DNA of 64,000 nucleotides from Podarcis muralis (GCF_964188315.1 NC_135664.1:5642001-5706000), one strand, 5' to 3'. Shown: positions 12,919-26,120, counted from the first letter of the stretch. Program-made: numbers and translations. Notes: generated from the letters alone by a model not told the origin.

Positions 12919-12919
<1 letters not shown>

Positions 12920-13099
12920 TGGGATGATCCCTCACTGTTGTGGTTTGGGCTGAATGCAACTACTTCTGCAGTGGTAAATATTCCTTTTTGTGTGCAATGT
13001 GCTTTAGAGGGTGGCAGTGGCCCAGCTTCAGGCATGTTTCATTATCAGATCCATTTGACTTCAGGTGTCCAGGGAGACCAAGGTCATTGAAGATATGCT

Positions 13100-13197
13100 G
13101 GGAAAGAAATGGTGGCAATATGACCCTGCTTGTTCTTCTTGACCTGTTAGTGGCTTTTGATATCACTGGCCATGGTATTCTAGGGCAGCTCTGGGGA
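13100..13197 (+). mobile_element. Ancient L2 RT fragment
   Basis: Translates LLVLLDLLVAFDITGHGIL, resembling the L2/CR1 RT motif LLDLSAAFDTIDHGIL. Confidence 0.55.
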
Positions 13198-13261
13198 TCC
13201 TGATTTCTTGCTGTAGCGTCTTGAACTTGATGGTCTCAAACAAGAATATTAAAAGTATAAT

Positions 13262-13606
13262 AAAGGTAAAGGGACCCCTGACCATTAGGTCCAGTCGTGA
13301 CCGACTCTGGGGTTGTGGCGCTCATCTCGCTTTATTGGCCGAGGGAGCCGGCGTACAGCTTCTGAGTCATGTGGCCAGCAGGACTAAGCCGCTTCTGGCG
13401 AACCAGAGCAGCGCACGGAAATGCCATTTACCTTCCCTCCGGAGTGGTACCTATTTATCTACTTGCACTTTGACGTGCTTTCGAACTGCTAGGTTGGCAG
13501 GAGCAGGGACCGAGCAACGGGAGCTCACCCCATCATGGGGATTTGAACCGCCGACCTTCTGCGGCAAATCCTAGGCTCTGTGGTTTAACACACAGCGCCA
13601 CCCGCG
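13262..13606 (-). mobile_element. Near full-length Sauria SINE (subfamily B)
   Basis: Reverse tail aaaggtaaagggacccctgaccattagg; head ...cacagcgccacccgcg; TSD tataataaag (13256-13265, 13607-13616). Confidence 0.95.
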
Positions 13607-15548
13607 TATAATAAAGTAAAGTATAATAAAAGCTACCAAAAAGTTATGGTTCTTAATTTTTTTCAATGAGGAAATATTATTGGAGTGCTTTGGGAGGATG
13701 AATAAGAGTTTTCTGATTGAAGTTGGGCTCAAAGCTGGGGAGTTGAAATACCAATTTAGAACAATATTGGACATACAGCAGTATTTCAACAAATACAGTA
13801 GCATTTCAACAATTGGCAGTTTTTAAACGTGCCCATAGAGGGCAGCAAAGAGCTTCCCTTGAAACCATCAGAAGAGTGTTGTAGAAATGTTACTGCTTTG
13901 GTGTTCTTGTTGCGTTTTTGCTTTTATCAAAAATATGAAGCAAGTTGAAAGCACCTTTACCCTCACTTCAAAGATAGGCGCGCAAGTAATATTGTTTGCT
14001 CTGGGTAGCCTCAGGTTATTGGAGAGAGCAATTTGAATTAAACCTGACCCTAGGCAAACAACAGTAGCAAATCAATACAGATATTTCTGTAATAGTGATG
14101 AGGCAGAGATGGGTCACCAGCAGTCTTCTTGCTTCCAGGCCGTTTAAGATATTAGAAAGTAGAAAGTAGAGTTTTAATGGACCCTGAGAGGCCCACTGCT
14201 ACATCACCCTGTAGATCAGAGTAGAGAAACAAACATTGCATTTATTTTACCTATTTTTCTATTTATTTAGTATAAATTTTAACATCCTGTATGAATTTAA
14301 AATTATTGTTGGAATAATCTATGGAGGATCCATAAGGTTGTAAGGTGTCCTTCTGTTAAAATTCATATTTGTTTTTCATGTGCTTCTGACTCTACTATCA
14401 ATACATTTGCAGTTCACATAATCTTGAGCCAGAATACTTGACATGGATTCCTGCTTTTGGTTTTCCTTTATTTTCCTAGTATACTGTTTATGCAGACTGT
14501 GGTCCTGTGAGAAAGGTCAGAATGATTGTGGGACCACATTAAAAGATCACGTATCTGTGTACGTGATCTTCAAAAAGCTGCAGGGGTCTCAGAAGGGTGG
14601 GGGAGACAGCTATTCAATGCCTGTTTTTAAAAGGGGGTCCCAAGGTAACCTGTAAACACTCCAATCACTTATAGACCTGGCAAACAGGTAAGGCGGTTCA
14701 GTAGCAAAGGATCAAGTTTACTTTAAGCACTCTGTTTTGCTGAGAGAACACCCAGCCTTCTGTAACAGCACGGGAGATGAAAGAGAATCACTAAGGCTCC
14801 TATCCATTCAATAACATGAAACCAATGTGGCTGAGGACAGATATAACTGTGTCCTGGGCAGCAGATTAAATGCATCACTGTTCCATTTCTCAATGGAGTG
14901 AGCTAGAGCCCAAGACACAAGGCACCAATTAAATTTCAGATGAAAATGAAAGACGGAGGAAACAGCATCTGAACCATTTGTAGTTCCTAATACTGTGTAA
15001 ATGATGTCATGGTAGTATAGGATTTATTTTTAATTATTAGACCAGCCGGGGGAAATGCTGTCAAAGTGCAGTGATAGCATGTCCATTGCTCGTTTGAGCA
15101 TAACAAAGGGCCTGGCTTAGAGCTAGTTACAATGCAGACAAAAGCATTGTTTGAGCTTCTTCTCTCCCTTTTTGTCATCTCAGTGCTCAAGCAGCAGAAA
15201 TATAATTGAGCACTACAATAAAACAGGATGTTTGGACAGATCCCTGTGGTACAACAAACAAATTAGCTGTGAATCTCTCAAATTAACCCTGATCTTCCAT
15301 TAGGTGATGTTTTATCTCCCAGTTTTTGCATTTTGATAAAGATTGTTTTAAAAGAGTGAATAGGCAACATCTTTTTTTTGTTTTTCTTTGTTTGCAATAG
15401 CTAGACAACAGTTTTTAGTGCCATTGTTTTCTTATTGTGCTTTCTTCATTCCTAGCTCTACTTCAAATTTCCACTGGTTTCTTTCCTGATTTGCTTGTTC
15501 CTTGAAAGTAAAACCAGATCCAATATGATCTTGGGGAATGCATACATT

Positions 15549-15574
15549 TGTGTGTGTGTGTGTGTGTGTGTGTG
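15549..15574. repeat. (GT)n microsatellite
   Basis: Read directly from the sequence. Confidence 0.95.
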
Positions 15575-15990
15575 AAAACCACTTAGCACTCACCTGTGCC
15601 TGCACCTGCTGCTGCTGACCAGCCCCATATGCCTCCACAGTGCTATCACAGCCACCCTCTGCTTCCAAAGTGATGTCTGCTGGTAAAAGCATAGGGCCCC
15701 CAGCCCCATTATCCACTAAATTTACTTATTTAAGATTACAACCTTATGCAAATATACATGGCAGTGAATTACACTGAATATAAAGCACACTTTTTGTGTA
15801 GCTAATAATAGAATGGACAAAAGTATGTCACGCAGCAAGCTTAATATTTCAGGCCTTCTGAATTTTAGAAAAAATGCCTTGAAGATGTGGTCTTAAGGGG
15901 TAAAAATATTTTCTGAACTATATTTCTTTCATATGTATGTTTTATGGATTTGGGGGTGGTATTGTCGTATTTTGTTACTGTAGATGCCTA

Positions 15991-16494
15991 TGTTGTGTTG
16001 AACCAGAGGTGAGTTGTTCCAGGAGCTTTGCTAGCACCAGACGAATACTCAAGATAACCTCACAATTGGTGGCAGCTGTAGTGCTAAGCTTTCACACAAC
16101 ACACTTGGGAAGCAGGCTAACTGACCTGCTCAAGGAAGGGAGTTATCCTCATCCATGGGTGTGGGGTACTAGGCTCCAGACCGAATATGCAGTCTCAGCC
16201 GCCTGTGGGGAACCTTGAGGGTGGTGGAGATCATGGCCATCTGTGGGCTGCTCTGCTGTATAAAAAGCATTTGTTCCGGTGCCTGGAACAAGCCATCTCC
16301 TTGTTGTGGAGTCTGTCCCACAGGCTGTTGGAAGCAGGGGCAAGGAGGGAGCCGTCAGACCTTGTGTTGTGAGTTTGCTTTTCCTTTAAATAAACTGCTA
16401 AGACCTGATCAGCCTGTTAGTGTGGGAAGCCTTCTTTGGGAACCTGAGTATCCAGACCCCTGTAAGCCCTCCACTGGCTCTGCAGGATATAACA
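15991..16494 (+). mobile_element. Probable solo LTR (~504 bp)
   Basis: TGTT...AACA termini, TATA-like gtataaaa near 16258, AATAAA near 16389; 4-bp TSD ctat after the 3' end, overlapping the first T at the 5' end. Confidence 0.6.
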
Positions 16495-17618
16495 CTATGT
16501 ACATTTTAAAGTGTCACCATCTGTGGAGTTTGGGGTTTGTACAGGAAAACAATAAATGTAAAACCAACCCACCTAACCTCCAACTTTGCTTTGTTGATCA
16601 TTTCTTTCTTTGTGGGAGACTCTCAAGCCAAAGGGATATGGAGGCATTATTGTGGATGTGCTTTGTACTCTATTCCTTGTCCCGTCAACTAAATCTTAAG
16701 ATGCTGGGAGATGCAGTGTTCAACAGTTTCATTAAGCATCTTGGTGCTTTACAGATCCCTTGAGTGGTACTTACCTTCTTGTTCAGGGCAACTCCTTTGT
16801 TTGGGCAAGCAAGAAGGTAATTCACCTCTGTTTTTGATAGAGGGCAAGTGCTGTTCAATAAATACTATAAATAATATTTGGGTTACTAAAACAAATGAAT
16901 TTAGAATTAACCCACTGAACAAGGCAATTATATCTGTTTTAGAACTTAGCTGAAAGAATGAACTGGCCATTTTTTTTGGGATTATCAGCCTTTGCCCAAA
17001 CAGGTTCCAAGTCCGAATAGCAATTTTCCCTAGCCAACAGACAATTCCTTTGGCACCTTACACAAGTTAATAAGAGAAAGAGATGGAGGAGAAAAGCAAT
17101 CCCTCTAAGAATTTGCACATATCATAGTAACACCTTTTGGCTTCCTTCAAAATCAGATTTGTGTCAAATGACATTTTTAATTAAATTCAGTGGCCACCTA
17201 GGGAACTGCAGAACCTTTCTAAGAAGTGATAAATTATTTCACTTAAAATTTTCTGTGAGAGTAAACTTATCGTAAGATTCCCTTTGAATTTCCCATTGAA
17301 ATTATTTGTCAGTTTTGGACCTGGAACATATGCCTGTTCCAAATTAAGAAATTGTCCAAGCGTACAAAATGTTGTACTTAAATGTTTGTAGCCATCTGGT
17401 CATGCTTATCTGGAAAAGCTAGACATGACCAGAAAGATACCAAAGGTTTCAACAAAACCACTTTCATAGAATAGGTTTTGAGAACTGGCCCTATAAGTCT
17501 GAAAGGAATATCTATAGCAGACCCAGAAACTCACTGACAGCCATTGGCTGCCCCACTTACCAGCCTAAGTCACATTCTACCCTAGCTGTAGGCTCTGAAC
17601 TGTCTTCAACAGCCATGT

Positions 17619-17941
17619 CTTAAACAGCCTTGGCCCAGTATACCTGAAGGAGCGTCTCCACCCCCATCGTTCTGCCCGGACGCTGAGGTCCAGCGCTGAG
17701 GGCCTTCTGGCGGTTCCCTCACTGCGAAAAGCAAAGCTACAGGGAACCAGGCAGAGGGCCTTCTCGGTAGTGGCACCTGCCCTGTGGAATGCCCTCCCAC
17801 CAAGGTGTCAAAGAGATAAACAACTACCTGACATTTAGAAAACATCTGAAGGCAGCCCTGTTCAGGGAAGTTTTTAATGTGTGACATTTTGATGTATTTT
17901 AAATCTTTGTTGGAAGCCACCCAGAGTGGCTGGGGAAACCC
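17619..17941 (+). mobile_element. L2 LINE 3' portion (ORF2 C-terminus plus 3' UTR), running into the gap
   Basis: Translates LNSLGPVYLKERLHPHRSARTLRSSAEGLLAVPSLRKAKLQGTRQRAFSVVAPALWNALP, a typical L2 ORF2 end. Confidence 0.9.
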
Positions 17942-18105
17942 NNNNNNNNNNNNNNNNNNNNNNNNNNNNNNNNNNNNNNNNNNNNNNNNNNNNNNNNNNN
18001 NNNNNNNNNNNNNNNNNNNNNNNNNNNNNNNNNNNNNNNNNNNNNNNNNNNNNNNNNNNNNNNNNNNNNNNNNNNNNNNNNNNNNNNNNNNNNNNNNNNN
18101 NNNNN
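17942..18105. other. Assembly gap (N run)
   Basis: 164 N bases directly after an L2 3' end. Confidence 1.
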
Positions 18106-19306
18106 ATACAGTGCCTTACAGTAGTCTAAACATTCTATTAATGTTTTTAAAGAACAGTTTAATTGAACAAAATAAAATAAAAAGAAAAGGTATGCTATAT
18201 CATTATAAAACTTAACAATTACAATTCTATACGTACTTATAGTAGTCTAGACCGGAGGCCACTGGAGCAGAGACAACAGAGGCTGGGCAACCTTGGTCCA
18301 CGAACAGCCATGGCTGGTGTATCAGCTTAAGCTGTGCATTAACACTCCTAGCCATAGAGGTCACTTTAAACTCTACTGACAAGCTGGAATCTAGGAGTAC
18401 AGCAGGGCAGAGTTGTTGCTTTCAAGCCCTATTATGAGTAATGGCTGACCACTATTAGAAACAGGATGCTGGACTACATGAAGCCCATTTCTGATCTACA
18501 AGGACTTTTCTTAGGTCTTGTTATTACTTGACAAACTGGAGCCATATTTCCTGGAAAAAACAGAAGCAGAAACCAGTTTCATGTACTGCACTGGTCTTAC
18601 GTGGACAGTGAATAAGAGGAAATGGAAGCAAAATCAGTAGCACAGGCAAGTGGCATAGCTGAAATACCAAGGACGGGGCTTTTCATTGGATTGGCAGAGT
18701 ATTACACTTGATGTTATATAAAAGAGCAATGCCATAAGGCCGTTAATGTCAAGTGACCTATTTAAAGGAATGTCTGTTTTGGCATTGGTTTCCTTCTCTC
18801 AGAGAGAAGCATATACTTCAGGAAAGAGCAGGTTTCTGCCGTAAAGAATGTGCCACTCTATTTCGGAAATCAGGAAAGAATGGCAAGCTATTAATGCAAA
18901 AAGTTCCATTATGTCCAAAAATAAAAAAGGGAAAGGGAAATTCAGTGGAGCATAAATGGTTTCACATAGAATCAATTCTCCTGTGAAATAAAATGATCAC
19001 AGTAGAGGTTTGTGAAACTAACCTTCATTCTTCCCTCACTTGCTTGATACTTTTTTTTTGAGGGGGGGAGGGGAAATTGTCAGAATAAGAAATGTAGCTG
19101 TACAGAGGGGAGAATACTTTTTTAAAAAAGTTCTTGTTTTTATGATACACAATTCGCAGTAGTAAGGTGTTTTTACTTGATTTTTTTAAAAAAACAATCT
19201 GTTGAAAAGTATTGCACATTTTATTATAGCATTTCTTTTCTGAAGGAGTAAGACTGGATCTGGTTGCTTTAATATCTCTCTCTGATCTAAAAGGGGTGGT
19301 TTCACG

Positions 19307-19384
19307 GTGTGCATGCACACGAAAGCTCATACCAATAACAAACTTAGTTGGTCTCTAAGGTGCTACTGGAAGGAATTTTTTTTC
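19307..19384 (+). mobile_element. Penelope-like element terminal fragment (partial hammerhead)
   Basis: gtgtgcatgcacacgaaagctcataccaataacaaacttagttggtctctaaggtgctactggaaggaatttttt; same family as 59212-59314. Confidence 0.75.
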
Positions 19385-19680
19385 CCCCTGTATTAGAGCA
19401 ATATCTTAACTGGGCAAACTAAAATAGGAGTTCTCAAAACTCAAGGCTAGCGGTGAAGCTATCTGAGTCTGCATTTGGTAAGAGGCTTGGGATGATTTTG
19501 GAATGGAGTAGCAGACATTCCGGTGAAGCTCTGTTAGGTGCTATGCAGTTTTCAGGCGACACCAAGGCCAGGTAGAAAGAGAACACATTTAAATGGCTGG
19601 TGCCTCTTCTCATGTTTGTATCGCTCAGGTCTGTTTCCATCGTCAGGTAAAACGGTGGCCAGTTTCACTTACTACTAAAC

Positions 19681-19983
19681 CAGGGGTCTGCAACCTTTAA
19701 GACAAAAAGAGCCACTTGGGAGCTGCAAAACCATTGCGAAATTTAAAGCATGCGCGCCGCTGCCCTCCGATCTGACAGCGGGTGGGAAGGTGACGTCGGG
19801 ACGGTGCGTGACTAACGCACGCACCGCCCCCATGCGACGTCACAGCCAGTACAGCGCCCGCCACAGTGTAGAGTGTCGGGGCGCACAATGTGCCTCCTCC
19901 CCTCGCTAGTATCCGCCCCGGAGCCGCGGCAAAGGTGTAAAAGAGCCACATGCGGCTCCGGAGCCGCGGGTTGCAGACCCCTG
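19681..19983. mobile_element. Young hAT (Charlie-like) MITE
   Basis: Perfect 15-bp TIR caggggtctgcaacc; perfect 8-bp TSD tactaaac (19673-19680, 19984-19991); CpG-rich. Confidence 0.92.
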
Positions 19984-20224
19984 TACTAAACCATAGTTTA
20001 GCATTATGGAAACAAATCTGAAGCTCGCATGTTGCCTGTTGTGGCCTATTGTGCTCTCAGATAGCTGTGGCTGAAAGGAGCAGATTGACACTTACGATTT
20101 TAAATTAAGCAGATTTCCGAATGTGTCCAGAGAGAGTAGAAGTGATCATCTGCCGGAACGCCATCCAAGGAAACTGATGGGCACTCCTTGCCATCCTATG
20201 TCTTGACGTATAGCTGGGCTCAGG

Positions 20225-20386
20225 CAGAGGTGGAACTAGCTGCTCTGGCACCCAAAGCTGGTGGGTGGGGCTAGCTGCCGCGGGGGCGGAGTAAGCGTCC
20301 CAGGGGGGCGGCACGGCGATGTCACCCCCTTCAGGGATGACACTCGGGGTGAACCGCACCCCCAGCACCGCCTTCCTTTGCCAGTG
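20225..20386. mobile_element. hAT MITE (same family as 22002, opposite orientation)
   Basis: Perfect 8-bp TSD ggctcagg (20217-20224, 20387-20394); imperfect TIRs; body complementary to 22002-22307. Confidence 0.75.
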
Positions 20387-20640
20387 GGCTCAGGAGTGGA
20401 GTGGCAGACTTAAACGGATGGTTGGATGGAACAGGAGGATATCACAGGGAGAGCTGAGAGAGCGGAACAGAGACTGGAGGAGGTGGGCATTCTCTTCCGC
20501 CATGATACGTCTCTCCCCTCCCTTCTCCCCTCCCAGGAGCATAGGACTGGAATCCAACCACGAGGGGTGGAAAAAATCAGAATGAGAGGCTGCAGCGTGG
20601 TCGCTCAGGACGTGATGCACTCTTGCTGTTGGGATCTCAT

Positions 20641-20764
20641 TGGGGTTGGCTCAGTCAGTAGAGCATGTGGCTCTTAACCTCAGGGCTGTGAGCAAAAGAT
20701 TCCTGCATTGCAGGGCATTGGACTGGATGATTCTCAGGGTCTCTTCCAACTTCACAATTCTATG
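20641..20764 (+). mobile_element. tRNA-derived SINE with CR1-type tail
   Basis: A-box-like tggctcagtcagtagagc; tail cctgcattgcagggcattggactggatgattctcagggtctcttccaacttcacaattctatg. Confidence 0.7.
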
Positions 20765-20861
20765 GTCCTTTGGTCCCTGATGCAGTGAGCAGCTGCACAC
20801 TCAGCAGTCCCTCAAGGCACAAGAGTCTTATGAGAAAGTTCATGTGGCTCCATCTCTGTAT

Positions 20862-20950
20862 GGGGAATTTTTTAATGTTTGATGTTTTACTGTGTTTGAT
20901 GTTTTAATTTGCTGGAAGCTGCCCAGGGTGGCTGGAGCAACCTGGTTAGA
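20862..20950 (+). mobile_element. L2 3' end, interrupted by the Tigger MITE; (TTAA)n tail at about 21331-21362
   Basis: gggaattttttaatgtttgatgtttt...ggaagctgcccagggtggctggagcaacc resembles the 3' UTR of the L2 at 17619. Confidence 0.6.
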
Positions 20951-20952
20951 TA

Positions 20953-21307
20953 CAGTGGTACCTCGCAAGACGAATGCCTCGCAAGACAAAAAACTCGCTA
21001 GACGAAAGTGTTTTTTGTTTTTTGAGCTGCTTCGCAAGACGATTTCCCCTATGGGCTTGCTTCGCAAGACGGAAACGTCTTGCAAGTTTGTTTCCTTTTT
21101 CTTAACACCGTTAATACAGTTGCGACTTGACTTCGAGGAGCAACTCATAGAACACGGTGTGGTATCCTTTTTTGAGGTTTTTAAAGACTTTGGTGATTTT
21201 TGAAGCTTTTCCAAAACTTTCCCGACACCGTGCTTCGCAAGACGAAAAAAATCGCAAGACGACAAAACTCGCGGAACGAATTAATTTCGTCTTGCGAGGC
21301 ACCACTG
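20953..21307. mobile_element. TcMar-Tigger-like MITE
   Basis: TA TSD; TIR cagtggtacctcgcaagacgaa / ttcgtcttgcgaggcaccactg; repeated internal cgcaagacg motif. Confidence 0.9.
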
Positions 21308-21839
21308 TAGATAGATTGCTGGATAGACAATTAATTAATTAATTAATTAATTAATTAATTAATATTACTAAACTCTTGTTTGGTAGGCATGCCAGCCCAT
21401 TGGGACTTGAACCACCGGTTCTAGCCTCTCCTGTCAGATAGCCTGAACCTAAAGGCTGCTGAGACTCACATCCTGTTGCTGAGCCCATAGCCTCTACTCT
21501 AACTCAGTATAGATTTCTTTCTTACTCTCAGGTCAGAACCTCTGTTGTGGTCTGAGCAGGAGTCCAGAGATTTACTCTGGAAAGTGAATGAAATTATAAC
21601 AAGGTTTTCAGGTCTTTTTCTTTTATGGAATTTCTGCTTCAGTCCAAGCAATTTGTAAGGTTTGTAAGGTTGTTTGCAATCTAATTAAAAGCTTAAGGTT
21701 ACATTTGAGCTGGGTGAAGATCTTTTGTTACAGCTCAGTGTGTTCGCAAGTTTAACTTCTGCAATTGTGGAACTTACCTCAGGTAACAGTGCATAGAACT
21801 GCAGTCATGCTGCAAAAAAGTTTTAGTAATTATGGTGAC

Positions 21840-21965
21840 CAGTGCTATTTTTCTAGAAAAAGAGGCACCACGAACACCTCCCCCATTCTCTTATAATGGC
21901 AATGGTGCCCACCTGAGAGGCGCCGGAACTGAGTTCTAGTGAGTTCCTACTGAAAAAAAGCCTTG
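21840..21965. mobile_element. Small hAT MITE
   Basis: TIRs cagtgctatttttc / gaaaaaaagccttg; perfect 8-bp TSD atggtgac (21832-21839, 21966-21973); homologous to 55146-55282. Confidence 0.85.
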
Positions 21966-22001
21966 ATGGTGACACAGTATACCTCAGAGTGTTAGTGGAT
22001 A

Positions 22002-22307
22002 CAGGGATGGAGGAAGGGGATGCGGTGGGTGTGGTTCTCCCCAGGTGTCACCACTGAGGGGGGGGGGTGACAAAATGCCGGGTGGCACTCACTGCAGGGC
22101 CTGCAGTGCGCCCAAGCCAAGTGCCCAAGCTCCACGCTGCCCAAAAGGTCTGCCCGATGCCTCCCCACCCCCCAGTTGTAGGGCAGCTGAGTGGGAGGAG
22201 GCAGGCAGACTCCGGAGGCCCCGTGGTGCGCCCTGCCCCTGTGGGCGGCTCGCCCGCCCCTATGGGCTCACCCGCCCTGGGCACCCGAGTGGCTTCCTCT
22301 ACCGCTA
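22002..22307. mobile_element. hAT MITE
   Basis: TIRs cagggatggaggaag / cttcctctaccgcta; perfect 8-bp TSD agtggata (21994-22001, 22308-22315); GC-rich. Confidence 0.8.
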
Positions 22308-24034
22308 AGTGGATAGCATGGTGGGCAGTGATGCTCAGCTCCCACCAGCCAAGTTGCTTCTGCAGTGGGAGGTTTCTGCAGTGTAACTGGATTTTCAGGA
22401 GCACTGGATTGCCTCCTGCTGGTGCATTTATTCCATGCCAACCTCGCCTGTGTCTCCTGGTAAGCGGCGGCGGTGGTGGCTCAGTGTTTGGGAGGTCATG
22501 AGAGCATTGTCACTCCATTACAATGTCTGCTACTCCTCTGAATTACTAGTTGCTGGGTATCATGAGTGAGAGGGCGTTGAGGAACTCATGTCCTGCTTGT
22601 GGGCATCCCATAGACATATGGTTATCCACTGTGAGAACAGAATGCATTCAGTTGAACATTTGGCTTGATCCCGCAGGGCTCTTGCTATTCTTTTGCTATG
22701 TTTGTCATCCTGTGAGAGACCATCTGAAGTGCACAGTGGAGGCTCCAACTTAAGATGACGGTGTGCTTTCTAAAGAGCCTTTTTTATTTCAAAAAAGACA
22801 TTCTTGAGGAGCTAGCCTGCTGTAGACCCAAGACCATGTTATTTGAATCCATGTTATGGTTCAAAGATTTCCCCCTCTATATATGTGGAACTTGTTCAGA
22901 GTGAATAATGAACCCCCTGTGAATATGGAGCTTCACAAATGAATCAGTTCTGCTGTCCCCCCCCCACCCTTTCTCTTTTTGCTGTATTGTTACTCCACAA
23001 GTGTTAGTGAACTGTCATTCTGAGTCAACAGACAGCAAGAATTTGTCTGTTTCTGACCCAGACCCTGTAGATAATTTGGAAGGCGAGTTAATTTTTTTGA
23101 AAAATATATTAGAATGGCAGAGGAAGAGAAACGTGTCACAAGAAATAACTATATTAACTGTGGTCTGAGCTTTTGTGCATTTTTGTTCCGAACATTTTGT
23201 TATCTCTTTCATGAGAATCTCTGTCCTAAAACTACAAAGCATTCCTGGCAGATGATGAATAGAGCTGCTGCATAACCGTCTAGGAATGTCATGCCTAGAT
23301 TGGACAAATTTGAGCTCAGAATTCCATCTAAATTTGGCTGCAGTGACATGACGTTTCTAGCTAATTTCTCATGAGCACTGTTCATCCATATGGCTTTGCA
23401 TAAGTCTTTGACATGCAGAACTGACATTCCAACAACTACAAATAGTAAACATGAATTTTGTTTCAGCTTTAAGAAAGAATTCGGCTGCTAGTTTCCTCAT
23501 AATAATAGCATGCTGAGATTAAATTTCATATTTGCTTAAGAGTAATAAAGGTCACCCATGGAACATAATAATGAGTTACATCTCTCTTGAAAGCTAATCA
23601 TTTTTCACATATTTTACTTATTTGTTCTTGTGTTTCCCATCCCTGAGAAGAACTCAAAATATTTACTACCACTGTGAGCCAATTTGTGACAGGAGAATTT
23701 CTGTCTGCACAATGTAATATGTCAGAGTTGAAATATTGGGCTTTTATCCAACAACACCATCCCCTTCATGTCAGGAGTTCCATTTACATAATTAAACATC
23801 GTCTCCCTCTCTTGCCCATGTGTGCTCTCTGTGTCCCACCAAATCTTCTCCAGAGGTTTGGAGGAAAATTCATAACAGATCTGGGGGCACGTGCAGCGGA
23901 AATAGGAGGAGCAATTCCATTGTCCAAGCAGATGTCTTTGCACAAAAGGGATAACTTTGTTGGATAAAGTCCTTGGTGTTGAATCCCTTCCAAAATGACT
24001 ATGCCATTCTGTATGTGTCTGCTTAAGATAACTA

Positions 24035-24249
24035 CAGTGGAACTTCGGATTAAGAACTTAATTCGTTCTGGTGGTCCGTTCTTAAGCTGAAACTGTTCTT
24101 AACCTGAGGTACCACTTTAGCTAATGAGGCCTCATGCTGCCGCCGCGCGATTTCTGTTCTCATCCTGAAGCAAAGTTCTTAACCTGAGGTACTATTTCTG
24201 GGTTAGCGGAGACTGTAACCTGAAGCGTCTGTCACCCAAGATACCACTG
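24035..24249. mobile_element. TcMar-Tigger-like MITE
   Basis: TA-cagtggaacttcgg ... gataccactg-TA; same family as 34756-35700. Confidence 0.88.
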
Positions 24250-26077
24250 TACAGCATGTTGTAGATTTTTGTAGCAGTTAAATCTATTGACTGTTCACAC
24301 GTGAGGATAATGTACCTTGGTTTGAGCATAAATATTTTCCCATTGCACCAGTGAAGTTTTCCTCATCTGTAAAAGAGAAGACTCTTTGCTTGTGGAACTT
24401 CAAGCATGCCTTAGATTGTGCTGCATTGCAGCCATCCTTTTTACTAAAGCCATTTTCAAAATGACTGCACAGGGCTTGGTGACAACCGATTGCAAGTGAG
24501 AAACACAGAATAGGCAACACAAGTAGGACCTACAACAGAGTGCTGTAGTGTGTGATACTCCTGATCAGGGTGATAGCCATACGACTTGGGATGGATGGAC
24601 CAATTAAAGTCTGATCAGTTCCAGTTCTCAGAGGGGGATGAAACTAAGTCTCTTCTATCCTGTTGCCAGGCAGATTTTTAATTTTAAAAACCCTTAAAAA
24701 TCCACTAGGAAACATTTAAAGCACAGCAAAAACAAAACAAAAAAATACTTGAGTACTTAGGAGGTCTGAGGAGGGCACGCTGCCTCCATTCCCTTTTTTC
24801 TGTAATTATCTGAAAGTAGAATGTCCACTTGCTCTCAGCTACTGAGCAGCTACCATGTTTTTTCCATCCAGTTCCTCCTGTAGCAATGGAACTTCGTCAA
24901 GGAGCCCTGTGCACTAGCTGCTACAGCTGTGGGTGACTGGGATACTGTTTTCAAAAGTTTTAAAGTGGGAAAAGGGGAAGGGGATGAATGGATTCTGTCA
25001 GACTTCAGATTCTGAAGTGGACCACTGTCCGGATGCAGGTCATGATCCACACACATTGGATCAGCGAGTCTACTTTTGAATCTGATTAGGTCTGATTAGT
25101 CTTCCATCCTTGCATCTAATCATGCTTTTCTCCAAGATACGTCATTCTATTGCCACATTTTTCCCAATTTGACACCTCCCTGCACCCTTCCATCAGTCAG
25201 TCAGTATTCTGTAATCACTGACTATACACACTGAGATGTGTTTTGGGGGGTAAGGAGTGTCATCCATAGGTTTTTCCCCCTAAATATTTTTGTACCTGTG
25301 CAAACTTTGGTGTCACCTCAAGCTTGTTGACCTCTCTCGTATCTGTATGGTGCTAGTTTGGCTATATGACCAGCATTCGGTGAATTGAATCTGATATTCA
25401 TATGATTCCTGCAACTTCCACTGTGGGTGGACAGAACAGGAAGACATATGTGAAACTGACTCTATGCTTCAATATAGAAGAGATGTGAGCAGGGATATAA
25501 ATTGGTCCTTAAAGTCGTAAGAAATGGACACATTCAATATTTGTTGATTGAACGTCTAATAAATATGTCATATGCATAGGCTCTCAAAATAGACTGTTGG
25601 TTGGTTAGGTTTGAGAAACAATTTGGCAAAATGGCGCTTCTTCTGAGTTCTAAACATTCACATTCTGACAGCTCACCTCAGGAATCTTGCAGGGTCTGAA
25701 TTTACTCTTCCATTTACTATTGGATAGAAAAAAATGGTTGCTGCATTTCATGTTTCAAAATCAATCTGGGTTAGGTCCAAATGTTCTCTTCGTCTGAAGG
25801 AAGCAGTTGTCCACTGACAGAAGAAGTCTTCCTCTAGTAGAAGGGAAATTTTGGATCCAACCTTCTGCTAAATTGACTGTTTATTTATTTCTAATTTATA
25901 TACTACTTACTTGCCAAAGATGGCTTCTAAGCCGTTTATATTCTCCTTTAGTTCTTGCTATCATCAAGTGATTGGAAAGTGTGATTGACTGTCTGAGACT
26001 TTATCCCTTTAAATCCCTACAATAAACACTTTGCTTTCACTGGTTTTTGCTATATTGTAAAAACCAGTAAAAACCAA

Positions 26078-26082
26078 GCACG

Positions 26083-26120
<38 letters not shown>
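26078..26120. repeat. (GCAC)n(CA)n microsatellite
   Basis: Read directly from the sequence. Confidence 0.95.

Noticed and set aside
13832-13847. CTCF-like motif cccatagagggcagca
   Set aside because: Imperfect single motif, expected by chance in 64 kb; needs ChIP or conservation data.
14600-15400. Very old CR1-like RT scraps (PVFKRGSQGN on +, VVPQGSV on -)
   Set aside because: Too short and decayed to set boundaries or confirm.
16215-16763. 182-aa Cys-rich ORF
   Set aside because: Lies across the probable solo LTR and its flank; no known motif.
17877-18215. ORFs spanning the N run
   Set aside because: Artefacts of translating the assembly gap.
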